From Vicugna vicugna (taxonomy: Eukaryota), in the NCBI GenBank assembly GCA_013265495.1, contig MU057865.1:682001-746000 (forward strand): a DNA stretch of 64,000 nt, given 5' to 3'. Position 1 is the first letter of the stretch. The number at the start of each line of letters is the position of its first letter. Made by a program: the position numbers and the translations under genes. The notes under the pieces were generated by a model. The model saw only the letters and a program-made list of their open reading frames with translations, did not search any database and had not been told where the DNA came from. Positions 13,075 to 24,365 of this stretch are shown piece after piece.

Positions 13075-13094
13075 AAGGCAGAATAAAGCAGAAG

Positions 13095-13280
13095 TGGATG
13101 GACTCTGGACCCCCAGATTCACATCATACTCATTGCGTGTCCTTGGGCTGGGCTATCTACTTAAAGGAGATAATAATGTGCTTTGTCTCACAGGGCGTCA
13201 GGAGGACTAAATGGGCCAATTCATGGGACGTGCCCTGAAGAGTGCCTAGCACAAAGTAAGCACCCAACAATACTGTGTCA
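13095..13280 (+). mobile_element. MIR SINE fragment
   Basis: GGAGATAATAAT..CTCACAGGG..GAGGACTAAATG..GTGCCTAGCACAAAGTAAGCAC. Confidence 0.55.
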
Positions 13281-14164
13281 GAAGTTGTTACTGTTCCACC
13301 AGTCGATGTAGGATGATCAAATCACAGTTACTTACATATTGGTTGGAGAAATTCCAGTGAGTCATTTCAGAGATGAGAAGCAAGTTTTCCTAACAATACT
13401 CAAAGCTTCATCATTCAAATGGGGACAGGACCCATCAAGTTATGATGGCAGGAAAAATTCATAATACAAATTGTCTATTGTTATAATGTCCTTTAAGCCA
13501 TGGATATCTTTGTCCCCATGTCAGGTTTTAACAAGGGAAAAGCTGGAGATATTAGGAGAAAGGGGGCTGGGAGGAAGAGGTATATATGGGAGAAAGCAGC
13601 TCCACGGAAATGCAGAAGCAGTTCCACTGCCAAGGCCTGAGGCAGAGACACAGACCTTCCTGACCTCATGATGTTGCCATAGGATGCTCTGAACCCAGAT
13701 GTGACCGTTCCTAGCACTTCCAGTAACACATAAAGAGGAAGGGTTTACCGAGTTGAAGACTGAAAGTGTTGGAAAATGAATTGTTTTCCCCCTTTCTGTC
13801 CTTCCTTAAGTCTTCAGTCCCTAAATGTGTTTGGTAATTTTTCTTTTTATGCTTTTGTTGCTTAACATGTTGCCAGTGGTTTGTTCATGTGCTGAATATT
13901 TAAAGAGAAGCTCAATGCACTGCAGATCTTGTAAGTGCCTCGAGGGCAGGGCCTGGGTTAATAAAGTCATAAAATTACTCATAACCATTCTGGGGGAGAG
14001 CCGTATAGTATTACAAAAGTATGTGAATGTTAATAAAAGACATAGAAAAAGACCTAAATCACAGATTGCTGAAGCCAAAATGGTGGCCATAGGAGGTTTT
14101 TTTGTGTGTGTTCAAATCGACCTGAAATCTTGTTTCAGAAGATAAGATGACTTTATATACTACA

Positions 14165-14530
14165 CAGGCTAGGTTATTCTGTGGGTAGCAAAAATCCCAG
14201 TGGCTTAAAACAGCAACCTTTTACTCACATTAAACATCCATCGGGAATCAGCCGAAAGCTCTGTTCGACACCGTCTTTATTCTGGGACACAGGGTACTGG
14301 GCAGATACTGCCAGATGCCAGAACAGAGCAAAATAAGTTGTCATGAATCCCACAATGACTCTTAAAGCTTCCACCTGGAAGTGACACACATCACTTCTAC
14401 TCAAGTTTCCTGAAACACGTCCAACAATCATGCTTAACTTGACATAGGGCAGAAGATTACAACTCTATCATTGTGCCTCAAGGGTGGACCTTGGGAATAC
14501 TTGGGGACTAGCATCAGTGGCTGTCACCGC
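14165..14530 (-). mobile_element. Old MLT1 (J/K/L-type) MaLR LTR
   Basis: GGCTAGGTTATTCTGTG..CAGTGGCTTAAAACAGCAA..CTCTTAAAGCTTCCACCTGGAAGTGACACACATCACTTCTACTCA. Confidence 0.6.
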
Positions 14531-15459
14531 TGAGATCAGGGAGAAATCCTTCATTGCCAGATTGTTCATATTTACCCAAGATACAGACACCTACATTGGT
14601 CAAGTGTTAACAGTTTCATAAAGAATATAACATAACACAAAGGGCATTAGCATTTATCTGCTAATTGTCTACCACATGCCAGGAGAAAACGTCCCAGCCA
14701 CCGTTGGTAAGCAAGGCACATAAAATATTTCCTATGATAAACCCTCCTAGCATAATTGCCAGCTGGGCATGCTCTTACTAAAGTGGCTGAAACCAACAGA
14801 GATGAAAGTTCCCCAGGTAACAGACAGAAGTCTGAAGATCAGCATTCGCTGGCGTTAGTTTGGCTGTCAGTCACACCATCAAGGACTATGAGTGCACTTA
14901 CCGATGTTTTGCCCTACCACCCTTGGCATGCTAGCCATTTGTTCCCCCTTTTGGTGCTTCTGGGTCACAAAGTAGTCATTGCAGGTCAAGGCATTTTTTT
15001 CTGCTAAAAGCCAGAGGAAGAGAGAAGGTGCTAGTGTCAGCTGACTGTAACCCCTATCTCAGAACGCCTCCTTAGCAGGCTTCCATTTTTCACACCCTTA
15101 CATCTCATTAGCCATGTGTAGCTCACATTCTGTTCTTAGTCCAATCACTGGCAAATGGGAAAGAAACGATCAAAAATGGGTTTGGAACCAGAGAAACTTC
15201 TTTGAGTTCAAAGTCCGTTTCCGGGTTTTGTAAGCAGAGAGGAGGGAGTTAGCTGCTGTACGTGCAGTGAACAGGGTCTTCCCCCGTACTTAAATGTCAC
15301 AACTGTGGTATAGGTGTTAGACACTGAAGGAAGTCAGAGACGAGACGTCCGGGTCAGCCCATGTAGCCTAGAATGTCTTCCTGACGGTGTCCTCACTTTA
15401 AGCGGACCACTCGGGTTAACAGGGGCAGCGTCTGCAGAGGACCCACTGTTCAGGTGGTG

Positions 15460-15892
15460 GTCAGTGGTCTGCTGGGGCTGCCAACACAAGGTACCACAGA
15501 CAGGGTGGCTTAAACAGCAGAAGTGCCTTCTCTCACGGTTCTGGAGGATGGATGTCCAATGGCAAAGTGTCAGCAGGTTTGGTTCCCTCTGAGAGCTGTG
15601 AGGGATGCTTTCAAGCACCTTCCCCAGCTTCTAGTGGTCCCCTGGCTCATAGAAGCGTCCTCCCATCTCGGTCTTCATGTTCACGTGACATTCTTCCTGT
15701 GTGCACATCTCTCTCCAAATTTCCCCTTCTTATAAGGACACAAGTTATATCGGATTATGACCTCTTCTAATGACCTCATTTTAATTTCATTACCTCTGTA
15801 AAGATCTATCTCCAAATACAGTTACATTCTGAGGTGCTAGGGGTGAGAACTCCAACATACGGACTTTGAGGAATGCATTTCAACCCATAACA
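15460..15892 (-). mobile_element. MLT1C/MLT1B-like MaLR solo LTR
   Basis: GGGCTGCC..GTACCACAGAC.GGGTGGCTTAAAC..TCTCACGGTTCTGGAGG..TTATAAGGACAC..AATGACCTCATTTTAA..ACATTCTGAGGT..TTCAACCCATAACA. Confidence 0.8.
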
Positions 15893-15999
15893 AGAGAGGA
15901 TAGCATAAATAAATTTTCTGAGAAAAAAATAAATAAACAAAAACAGGAAAAGATACGTACTTTATATAAAATTACCACCTAAGTGATATTAAAATATAT

Positions 16000-16610
16000 G
16001 AGGTGGATGAGAAAGATGGTTAGATACCAAAGGGTCTTGCAAAACAAGTTGACTGGTCTATCTATTGGATGCAGTAGGCAAGAGAAACCTGCACAAGGGA
16101 ATAATTTAGAGAAAGGAGGACAATGAGAAGGATCAGGTCCCAGGGAGATGTTCAACAAGTGTGCAATGATAAGAACCTGGAGCAGTATTAGTAGAGGGAA
16201 ATTAAAGATGAGCAACAGACATAAGAGTACTTTGCAAAGTGCAGGAGTTAGGATTTGGCGATAGATGATGGCCTATGATGGAAAAGAGGGAGTGAAGAGT
16301 CAGAAATAACACTGATGAAGTGCACAAGACTATAACTGCTTAACTGTGGGAATTTGAGAAAGAAGTGGGGCAGGAGGAGAAATGTCCACTTTAAGTTTCA
16401 CATCATCTTAATTATTGCTTAAAAAAATTAAACAATCAGTATCAAAATCTTTTTTCACTCTCAGGCAATTTGAAGATGAATTAAAAAAAAACTGATGGTG
16501 TTCTATGTTGCACACATTGAGATAATTCTGAGACATCTGAGTCAAGGTGCCTGCCTGGAGATAAAAGACTTGAGGTCACATAGGAATCATTCACAGAGAA
16601 GTGACTGATA
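16000..16610 (-). mobile_element. L2 LINE fragments
   Basis: Degenerate purine-rich L2 motifs (GGATTTGGCGATAG, GAGGGAGTGAAG, TTGAGATAATTCTGAGACATC). Confidence 0.4.
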
Positions 16611-16654
16611 TAGTAAAAAAAATTAATAGCAGGTGATGGTGATTATTTAGATGC

Positions 16655-16900
16655 TTGAATAATAGCAATTATTGAATGACCACCAGGTGCCAGAACTTTA
16701 TATATCTATTGTCTCATCTCATCTTCACAATTGCTCTATAAGGTGGGTCTATTATTTCTGCTTTACAGATGAGAAATCTGAAGCTTTGAGACATTAAGCA
16801 ATTTGCCAGGGACCATATAGCCTGTAAGGGTTGGGGAAGCCAGCCTTCAAACCCATCCCTGTCAGACTTCAGCGTTTATGTGCTTCAACTCCACTCTACT
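16655..16900 (-). mobile_element. MIR SINE, near complete
   Basis: TTATTGAATGACCACCAGGTGCCAG..TCTCATCTCATCTTCACAA..TATTATTTCTGCTTTACAGATGAGAAATCTGAAGC..ATTAAGCAATTTGCCAGGG..TTCAAACCCA. Confidence 0.75.
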
Positions 16901-19232
16901 TGAGGATAATTACTTCATCTGAGGATAATGAATTCCTTTCACGGGGCAGTGTGTTAGGTATCACATAGGAGATACAACTTAGCTGTTTTCTACAGGTGGG
17001 TGGAAATTATATTTCCTCCTCTTTATGTGACACAAGCCAGTTGAGGGACAGGCAGAACATGAGACGTCTGACAAGGAGAAATTATCACCCATTAAGCTAC
17101 AAAAGTTCTGCTCAAACCAAAGATGAAATTGCCCTTGAATGGTGAGAGGGACTTCCTTGGCAGACAGTAAAGTTACTGGGCACAACCTCTAATTTCCCTG
17201 GAATGGATCTGTAGATTCAGCATTTCCTTCCTCCTTACACAAGAAGACATCTTGCGTAACACTCTGCCAAAGCTATTTTGAGCAAGAATTAGCACTTTGA
17301 AATGGACATGTAAATTTCTAATTTCAATAAAAATACCATTGCTCTATAGAGAGAAACAAAGAGCCAAACTAAATTTGCCCCCCCCTTTTTTGTTTTTTTT
17401 TTTTTGGAATGGACATAGCAGAAAGAAACTACAGAACTGCTCTGCTTTGGAGTCTCTATAGAATGAAAAAAGTAGAAATTTGACATCAACTCAACCAATG
17501 GATCAGAGTCGACAACAAAACTGGAAGAGAAAATGGGGCTGAAAATGCTCTGCAATCATACATTTGAGTTTTAACTAAATAGTTCATAAACATCATTGCA
17601 AAATAATTATTTTGATAAAGAATTCTAGTCCGTTCTTAGTGACATTAATCAAATCACCTGACATTTCTTTGTGCCGTGCATTCGTATCCTCTGTGAGCTG
17701 AAGGAAGGAAGGGAAGAGGCCCAAATCTAATTCTTGGAGAGCCAGCGAGAGAGCTCATACCAAGTATCTAAATATCAAAAAATCACCAATCAAAGAAAAG
17801 GTGGTAGATATGACAGACTGGGAGCATCAGGTTTGAATGTAGAATTCTCAGACTTCTCGGATCCACACAGATGTGATGGTGCAGGAAGACCAGGCGCCGG
17901 CGCCAGGGCACTGACTCTCCATGCATGTCCTGTTCCTTCCATCCCCAGCTCTGTTCCTTGCTCCTGGTGCTTGCACATGTGAACAGCTCATCCTGCATTT
18001 CCAAACTGCATCCTCAGCTCTGGACCATCCTGGGCCAGAAGGGAGGTTGGGTGGGGCACACAAAGATTGTGGCTGGCCCTGGAGAAGATCTGTCTGAGGA
18101 AGAGGCATTTTTAGACCTTGGAAATGCATTTGGGGCAAATTGGGCAAAACATTCCTGGGCCCTGGTTACCTGCAGGTGGTATTAGAAGGGAACTTACCAG
18201 GGGGAAATTTAGAAACTGGATGCCCAATTTGCCTAACTCTAATTGTCCCTGCCTTGCCATCTTTAGTTCCTTAAAAAGGATAACCCAAGCGGAGTTGTTG
18301 GTTTTACCAAACCATTGGTACAAAGAAAGTGGAAGAAAAAAATTGGAGAAATTCACTTGGACATTCATAGAGAACAGTGCTTTGCAAATGCTCATGGGAA
18401 AGCAGGATTTATCTTTGGGCCTTTGTGACAGAAAATCGTCTCAGTTCTCAACCCGGAGTGCAAAGTCACAGTGGGAATGACGTGTCTCTGCTTAGACCTT
18501 TTACAAGGAAGGGGATGATCCGGCTGCAATGCTGTTTTTTTCCAAATTACATATTTAGGTCTTTTCATCATGATTTTGCAAAAAAAAAGAATGTGGATAA
18601 AATAATTTATTTATGCCCCACAATTCTGAATTCTGATTTCCAGCCACATGTTGCTCTGAAGCGAGAAAGCGTGTTTCCGCTCTGCTTCAGCAACCACACA
18701 GGCACGGCTGCCGGTATCCAGGGAAGGTCTGGGAAGAGCAGGGTTTATCGAGTCAAGTCTTCCTGATTTCATCTTTGTTCTGCCCCTGATTGGTGACATG
18801 GCTTTTGGAAGATCACGTGCTTCTCTGTATCCGTCTTTTTATTTTAAACTGAGACCGTAAGTCTTACTTTCTAATGCCAGGTAGGTGTTAAATATAAGAG
18901 AGACACTCAGATTGTTGAGCTAACAACGGGGCTGAAGAGGCAGCGTGGCTTGGGGCTGCCTGGGCTCCGCTCCCCCCACCAGGATGTTGCTAGGTGACCC
19001 TCTCCACCCCCTGGGACACAGAGATACATATACAAAGTCTTGACATTTGATGTGTCTTAGGGAGGGCACCACCCCCTGGTCCTTTTTTATTTTCCGAAAA
19101 TCTCTCTTGGGACTGCTGTCCTTGCTGCTGGGGACATGTGCCCCAGCCCCTGCATCACCCCTCCTGCTGCCTGGGCAAAGGGAAGGGGCGGGCACAGCGC
19201 CTGCAATTATTAAACATGAATTCAATAAAAAA

Positions 19233-19680
19233 AAGAGGGAGACACTGAGACTGAATGTGTGCTGCAAAGCCTCGCAGGAGAGGAATGAGCCCAGGAGAGG
19301 TTGAGAGATGGCAAGTCATAGCCACAGTAAGTTTCTGTGACTGGGTATATTACCGTATTTACTGGTTCCTTTTCTTTGTTTGATAGGTGTGGGCAAAGGC
19401 AGAAAATCTTTAATAACAAATTACACTGTGAGGCATGAGGGAAGGATATTATGAGAAGAGGGAGACACTGAGACTGAATGTGTGCTGCAAAGGCTCACAG
19501 GAGAGGAATGAGCCCAGGAGAAGTTGAGAGATGGCAAGTCATAGCCACAGTAAGTTTCTGTGACTGGGTATATTACCGTATTTACTGGTTCCTTTTCTTT
19601 GTTTGATAGGTGTGGGCAAAGGCAGAAAATCTTTAATAACAAATTACACTGTGAGGCATGAGGGAAGGATATTATGAGAA
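19233..19680. repeat. Direct tandem duplication, 2 x 223 bp
   Basis: Copies 19233-19455 and 19456-19678 differ by 3 substitutions. AA microhomology at the junction. Confidence 0.97.
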
Positions 19681-20919
19681 ATGTGGTACATGAAACTGAG
19701 GGAAATAAAGGGCGGGTGCAGGGAATCCTGGGAAGAAGTTTGAAACACCAAAGATGAGAAATTTTCTCAGACATATGGGTACAAATTAAATGAATGATTG
19801 AAATATATTTTAGTGATCTCGAGTACTAATAATTTCTTATTATCATATTTAATGTTTCTGACTCAAACATAAGACAGGACAAATAAACATTAAACATGTA
19901 TTTTAGAAATGTTAAGATTTGTTGGAGGCGAGAGTGTTGAAAAGTTTAACCTGAAAAGTTTCCAAGTTGTCTCCAGGATGATAGACAACCTTGCTCCTGA
20001 CTCTTGCAACTGAGAATGAATGCTTGATGCTTCAAAAAATAACACGAAATTGCTTTTGAAGGTCTTGTGATTTTGTTCAGTCTTGATTTGGGTCCTGTTG
20101 AATGCAGGCCAGATGGGACAAACTGAAAAACTAAACAGCAGATGTTGGTAGATACCCTGGCAGCTGTTTGATATCCAGCCACATGAATTATCAAAATAAA
20201 GCCTTATCTTCAGGGATTCTGACAAGAATGGAAATATTTTCGAATAGTGCTACACCAGCAGATTCTGCTGTGAGCAAGGGTCGAAGTTAGAAAGTTTCCT
20301 AGGGCAGAACATGGATTTATTTGGAGGGGCATGAAAAAAATAAATCTTCCAGGCTCCAATGTGATACTGCATATAACTCTGATAACTATGTATGAATGTA
20401 ATCTGATTTGGCTGAAGAGATATTTAAGCTTTATTTTCCTAATTTTGTACTTCTGGGATTTCCTATAATTTGCAGAGCTCCCCATAAGAATATTCTTGGT
20501 AATTCTCACCCCAAAAAGACTCTTAATAACACTGTTATGATCATCCAACTGATTTTTGAAAGAATGAATTTGGCATTTGTCACTCTTTTTTTCCATTTTT
20601 CTTTATAGACACAAGTGTTATTCTCACATTTGGAAAGGCAAACCTACAAGATACAATCTAAACCACTCAATAGGCCCCCCCTAATTTCTAAGATCTTTCT
20701 GAATAAATATGCTATGCCAGCTAGATGTGTTTCTGTCCCCCAAGCTTATTTTGGTCTTTGGGCCATTGGATTGTTCGTTATGTCATCTCTCCTGTCACAT
20801 CAATTATTCCCCATTCATATGTTTCTATTGTTCAGAGATGAAAGGTGTTCATGCAAAGGCTGTACTTGACCACTTGGGCTCAGGAGAGCTTCGCTCCATC
20901 TGAACGCCTCCTGGAGGGC

Positions 20920-21126
20920 CGGTGCGCAGGACTCAGCTGACCTGGGTGCCTGGAACTCGTTAGAGACATCTCTCCCCGGCCCAGGGTTCAGTGATGCTGG
21001 TAGCTTGAAACTGATTGAAGTGGGAATATTTACACCATGAAAATTAGCAAATGCTGCAAATTTGGTTATTTGCCACCCTGCCTCGCCCCCAGAGAATCGA
21101 TTGTTAAACGTTTGCCAGCACACCGT
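20920..21126 (+). mobile_element. MER63A-like hAT DNA transposon
   Basis: GTTCAGTGA..TGGTAGCTTGAAA..GTGGGAATATTTACACCATGAAAATTAGCAAATGCTGCAAAT..CCCCCAGAGA..TTGTTAAACGTTTGCCAGCACACC. Confidence 0.7.
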
Positions 21127-24040
21127 AGGACGGTTAGTACATGGAGAACTCGGTGTCTGTTACGCACCGCCTTGGGTTGCCAGCTTATTGTTCACCTCCA
21201 CGCGCTTTTCTCCCCAGCAAGACTGTTGGACATTTGAAGGTAGGATCGTTTACTTACATCTTTTATATTTCTCCACACACTTCATATAGCGTTCTAGAGA
21301 ACTGAATATGCGCTTCATAAATATTAACTGATCAAAACAGCCTCAAACTTTAAAAAGGAATGGGAATTTTTTCTTTTTTTGTCCTCAGTAGAACTAGAAT
21401 AAACTTGCCATGTCTCCAGGAAACATATTTTGATTTCTTAACAAACAGTATGATCACTGGTTAGCTCTTTAAAAATGTATAAACAGATGAGCCAAGCAAA
21501 CTACAAACCAGGTTACCTATACCATAACTGTTAATAAATATTATCTCAGTTCAAATATCTACTCATATGAAAGCTCAAATAATAGGGTAGACACAGATAC
21601 TAACGTTGCAAAATAAAAAAGTTGCTCCCAATTATCAATGCTAGGGACGGGGTGAATCGTATAAGTCTTAGGCTAGAAGGGATGTTTTAAAGCAACTTTT
21701 TCAGTTTTGTGAGACTACACATGCCCAGAGTGAGGATATGCAAAACTGCGACTAATTCTCTTACTTCCAATAACTCAGTTTTTTTCCCCCAATAATCCAC
21801 TGTAACCCTTGTGTGACACATCATTTTTCTCCTTTATGAATGTGATGGGAGTAATTCCTTCATTCTACTAAGTTTAGTGGAGCCTCTTCTTTTCCATTGC
21901 ATTTCTGTGAAACTGTCTTGATGGTGCTGTTAGCTAGCAGAACCTAGAGCTTGTTTTTCTTAAATGAGCAGTGAAGTAGGCCAGGGTGATTTAGAGTCAA
22001 GCGTATCAGCTGGGGACGATGAGTCGTGAGTTCTAGAGTCTGGCACTCACATACACGAACACATGCTCACCTACGCACTTACCCCAGTTCTTTTATCTGT
22101 GAGGGTGATTATGAGGATCACCATCAGATGTCAGACACAAAGTTATTTTGAAAAGTAAAAATGTAAAAAAAAAAGTAAAAATAAGGAAAAAGTAGACAGT
22201 TAATATTAGAGGGAAATTTCTCTGAATTCATAAGAGAAAGCAGGGATCTAATAACATTTATATTTTATTTTTATCCATCTGCTTTTAAAACCAACCTGTC
22301 GTTAAGTAACAAACCCAGTAAAACTGTTCTATTAAGAGTGTGCAAAGTGCCATGCCGTGTGCTAGGAAAGAAGAGATGTGGTGAGCGTCTTAATCTGCTT
22401 GGCTTCTAGTTCGGGAGACAAAAACACTGAGGCAAAATCAAGGGAAATACAATTAAATAATGAATTACACAGTAGAGATGAAAAGAACTGGAGGAGTTGA
22501 CAGAAAAAGAAGGTGAGTGAGTAAAGCGATGGGGGTGTGGACATGTGTCTGGATTAGGAGGAATGTGACTGCGACCTTAGGGATGACACACAGTTTTGAC
22601 ATGTGGATGGAGAGCCATTGCAAAAGGAAGGAACAAGAATTTTGTTCTTCTCTGATGAATCCTTTCTCTAAAGACTTCCATCTAGAGCCAAACTGTTTTA
22701 TTCCATCTTTTTATTTTTTGAAAAGTTTGCACTTGCCTTAAAGGAGGCACTTTGCTCTTTAAATGATCCTGAATGAGTATCTAAGATGTTTGTAGCTAAC
22801 ACTTTTCCCATCACATCTCATCTTCCAGCTGGATCAGAGCGAAATAAATAAACCATGGAAGAATTGGTCCTCACCTTTCGTTAATTCCTTGGCTAAAATG
22901 ATGCCACTGGAAACTTGGTAAAACAACCTTCTCATCCTGAAATTGCAGTGGCCGCCAAAGCAAACCAAGATGGACAACACAAAGGGCACATCAACATATT
23001 GTACATATTGTGGGGAATCTTGAAGGTCAGAGCATGATCTTTTACTTCTTAGTGACACATAATGCCAATATTTGTCCGCCCTTACTGAAGACCAAAGCTC
23101 AAGTGAAAGAAAAAAATTGCATGACATTTGTTTTCTGTCCTATATCCTATTGTTATAAACAACCAGCTGTGGTGATTAAATGGTTGGGGTTATTTTTTTT
23201 TTTCATGAAACACTGTCCAGACACATTTGCAATGAATTACAAGGAGACAGACCAATATTCCAAAGGACAATGAATCTCCTCTCAAATTTCATGCTTAAAA
23301 AATGAAACGTCTACCTTATAATTTTTTTTCCTTTAAAAAAAAATTATCCTATGGCACCTGATCTGAAAAGAGGCTGTCTTCTCTGTTTGGGAAGGTGTGT
23401 TCTGTAGATTTCACAAATGCCAACATTGCGGAATCCTGAGTTGTATGGGACACTTGTTCCTGAGTAAGAGCAGAGTGTGTTGTGATTATTTGTAAGGACG
23501 TGGTGCTAGAACGGGGGCCCACAGGGACAATCCAGGAGTCAAATGTCCACATTCTAAAACCAGATAAAGACTTGGACTTATTTCTAGCTGGCGTCTACGT
23601 CCAAAAATATCTCAACTTGTGGTTGAAATTGGATCAGGACTCCATAGGCGGCAAGCCTATCGGTCAGCATGTTTTGTGGTTTGGGGTGTCCGTTCATTTA
23701 TTAACGAAACCTGACGTAGTCTGGCCGTGGACAGTGACGGGTGTGGCTGGCAGCCATTGCAGCAACCAGAACGGTGCACGTCAATGAATACGGGCTTCCT
23801 GAGACTCTCTCTTCCAGACCTTGGTGACTCCAGCTGAGCACCAAGGACTGAATAGCGCTCTTAGGCTGCCAGCAGGAGCAGGGGGAGTGCAGTTAGTGTA
23901 ATCGACTCTCTCAGCAAGGCAAACTGTATTCACGTAGCATCAGCGGTACTCGCGGTCTGGTGAAGGGGAGGAGCTGAAGCACATTTAACACAAAAGTGAC
24001 ATATTTCAAATCACCTCCTGAACATAAAAGCCTGTGGTTC

Positions 24041-24365
24041 TATATATCTGGAGAAAACTAAAATTAAAAAAGACACCTGCACCCCAGTGTTCACAGCAGA
24101 ACTATTTACAACAGCCAAGACACAGAAACAACCCAAATGCCCATCGACAGATGACTGGATAAAGAAGATGTGGTACATAGATACAATGGAACACTACTCA
24201 GCCATACAAAAGAAGAAAACAATGCCATTTGCAACAATATGGGTGGACCTGAAGATTATCATTCTGAGTGAAGTGAAGGAAAGAGAAAGAAAAATGCCAT
24301 ATGACATCATTTAGATGAGGAATCTAAAAAAAAATAATAATAATAAGGCCACAAATGGATTAATT
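24041..24365 (+). mobile_element. L1 fragment: ORF2 C-terminus and start of 3' UTR
   Basis: ORF 24087-24314 reads FTAELFTTAKTQKQPKCPSTDDWIKKMWYIDTMEHYSAI..FATIWVDLKIIILSEV, the L1 ORF2p C-terminal motif. Confidence 0.92.

Noticed and set aside
19327..19386. GTAAGT...TTTGATAG mini-intron inside the 223-bp duplicated unit
   Set aside because: At 60 nt it is shorter than typical mammalian introns, and the flanks have no coding signal.
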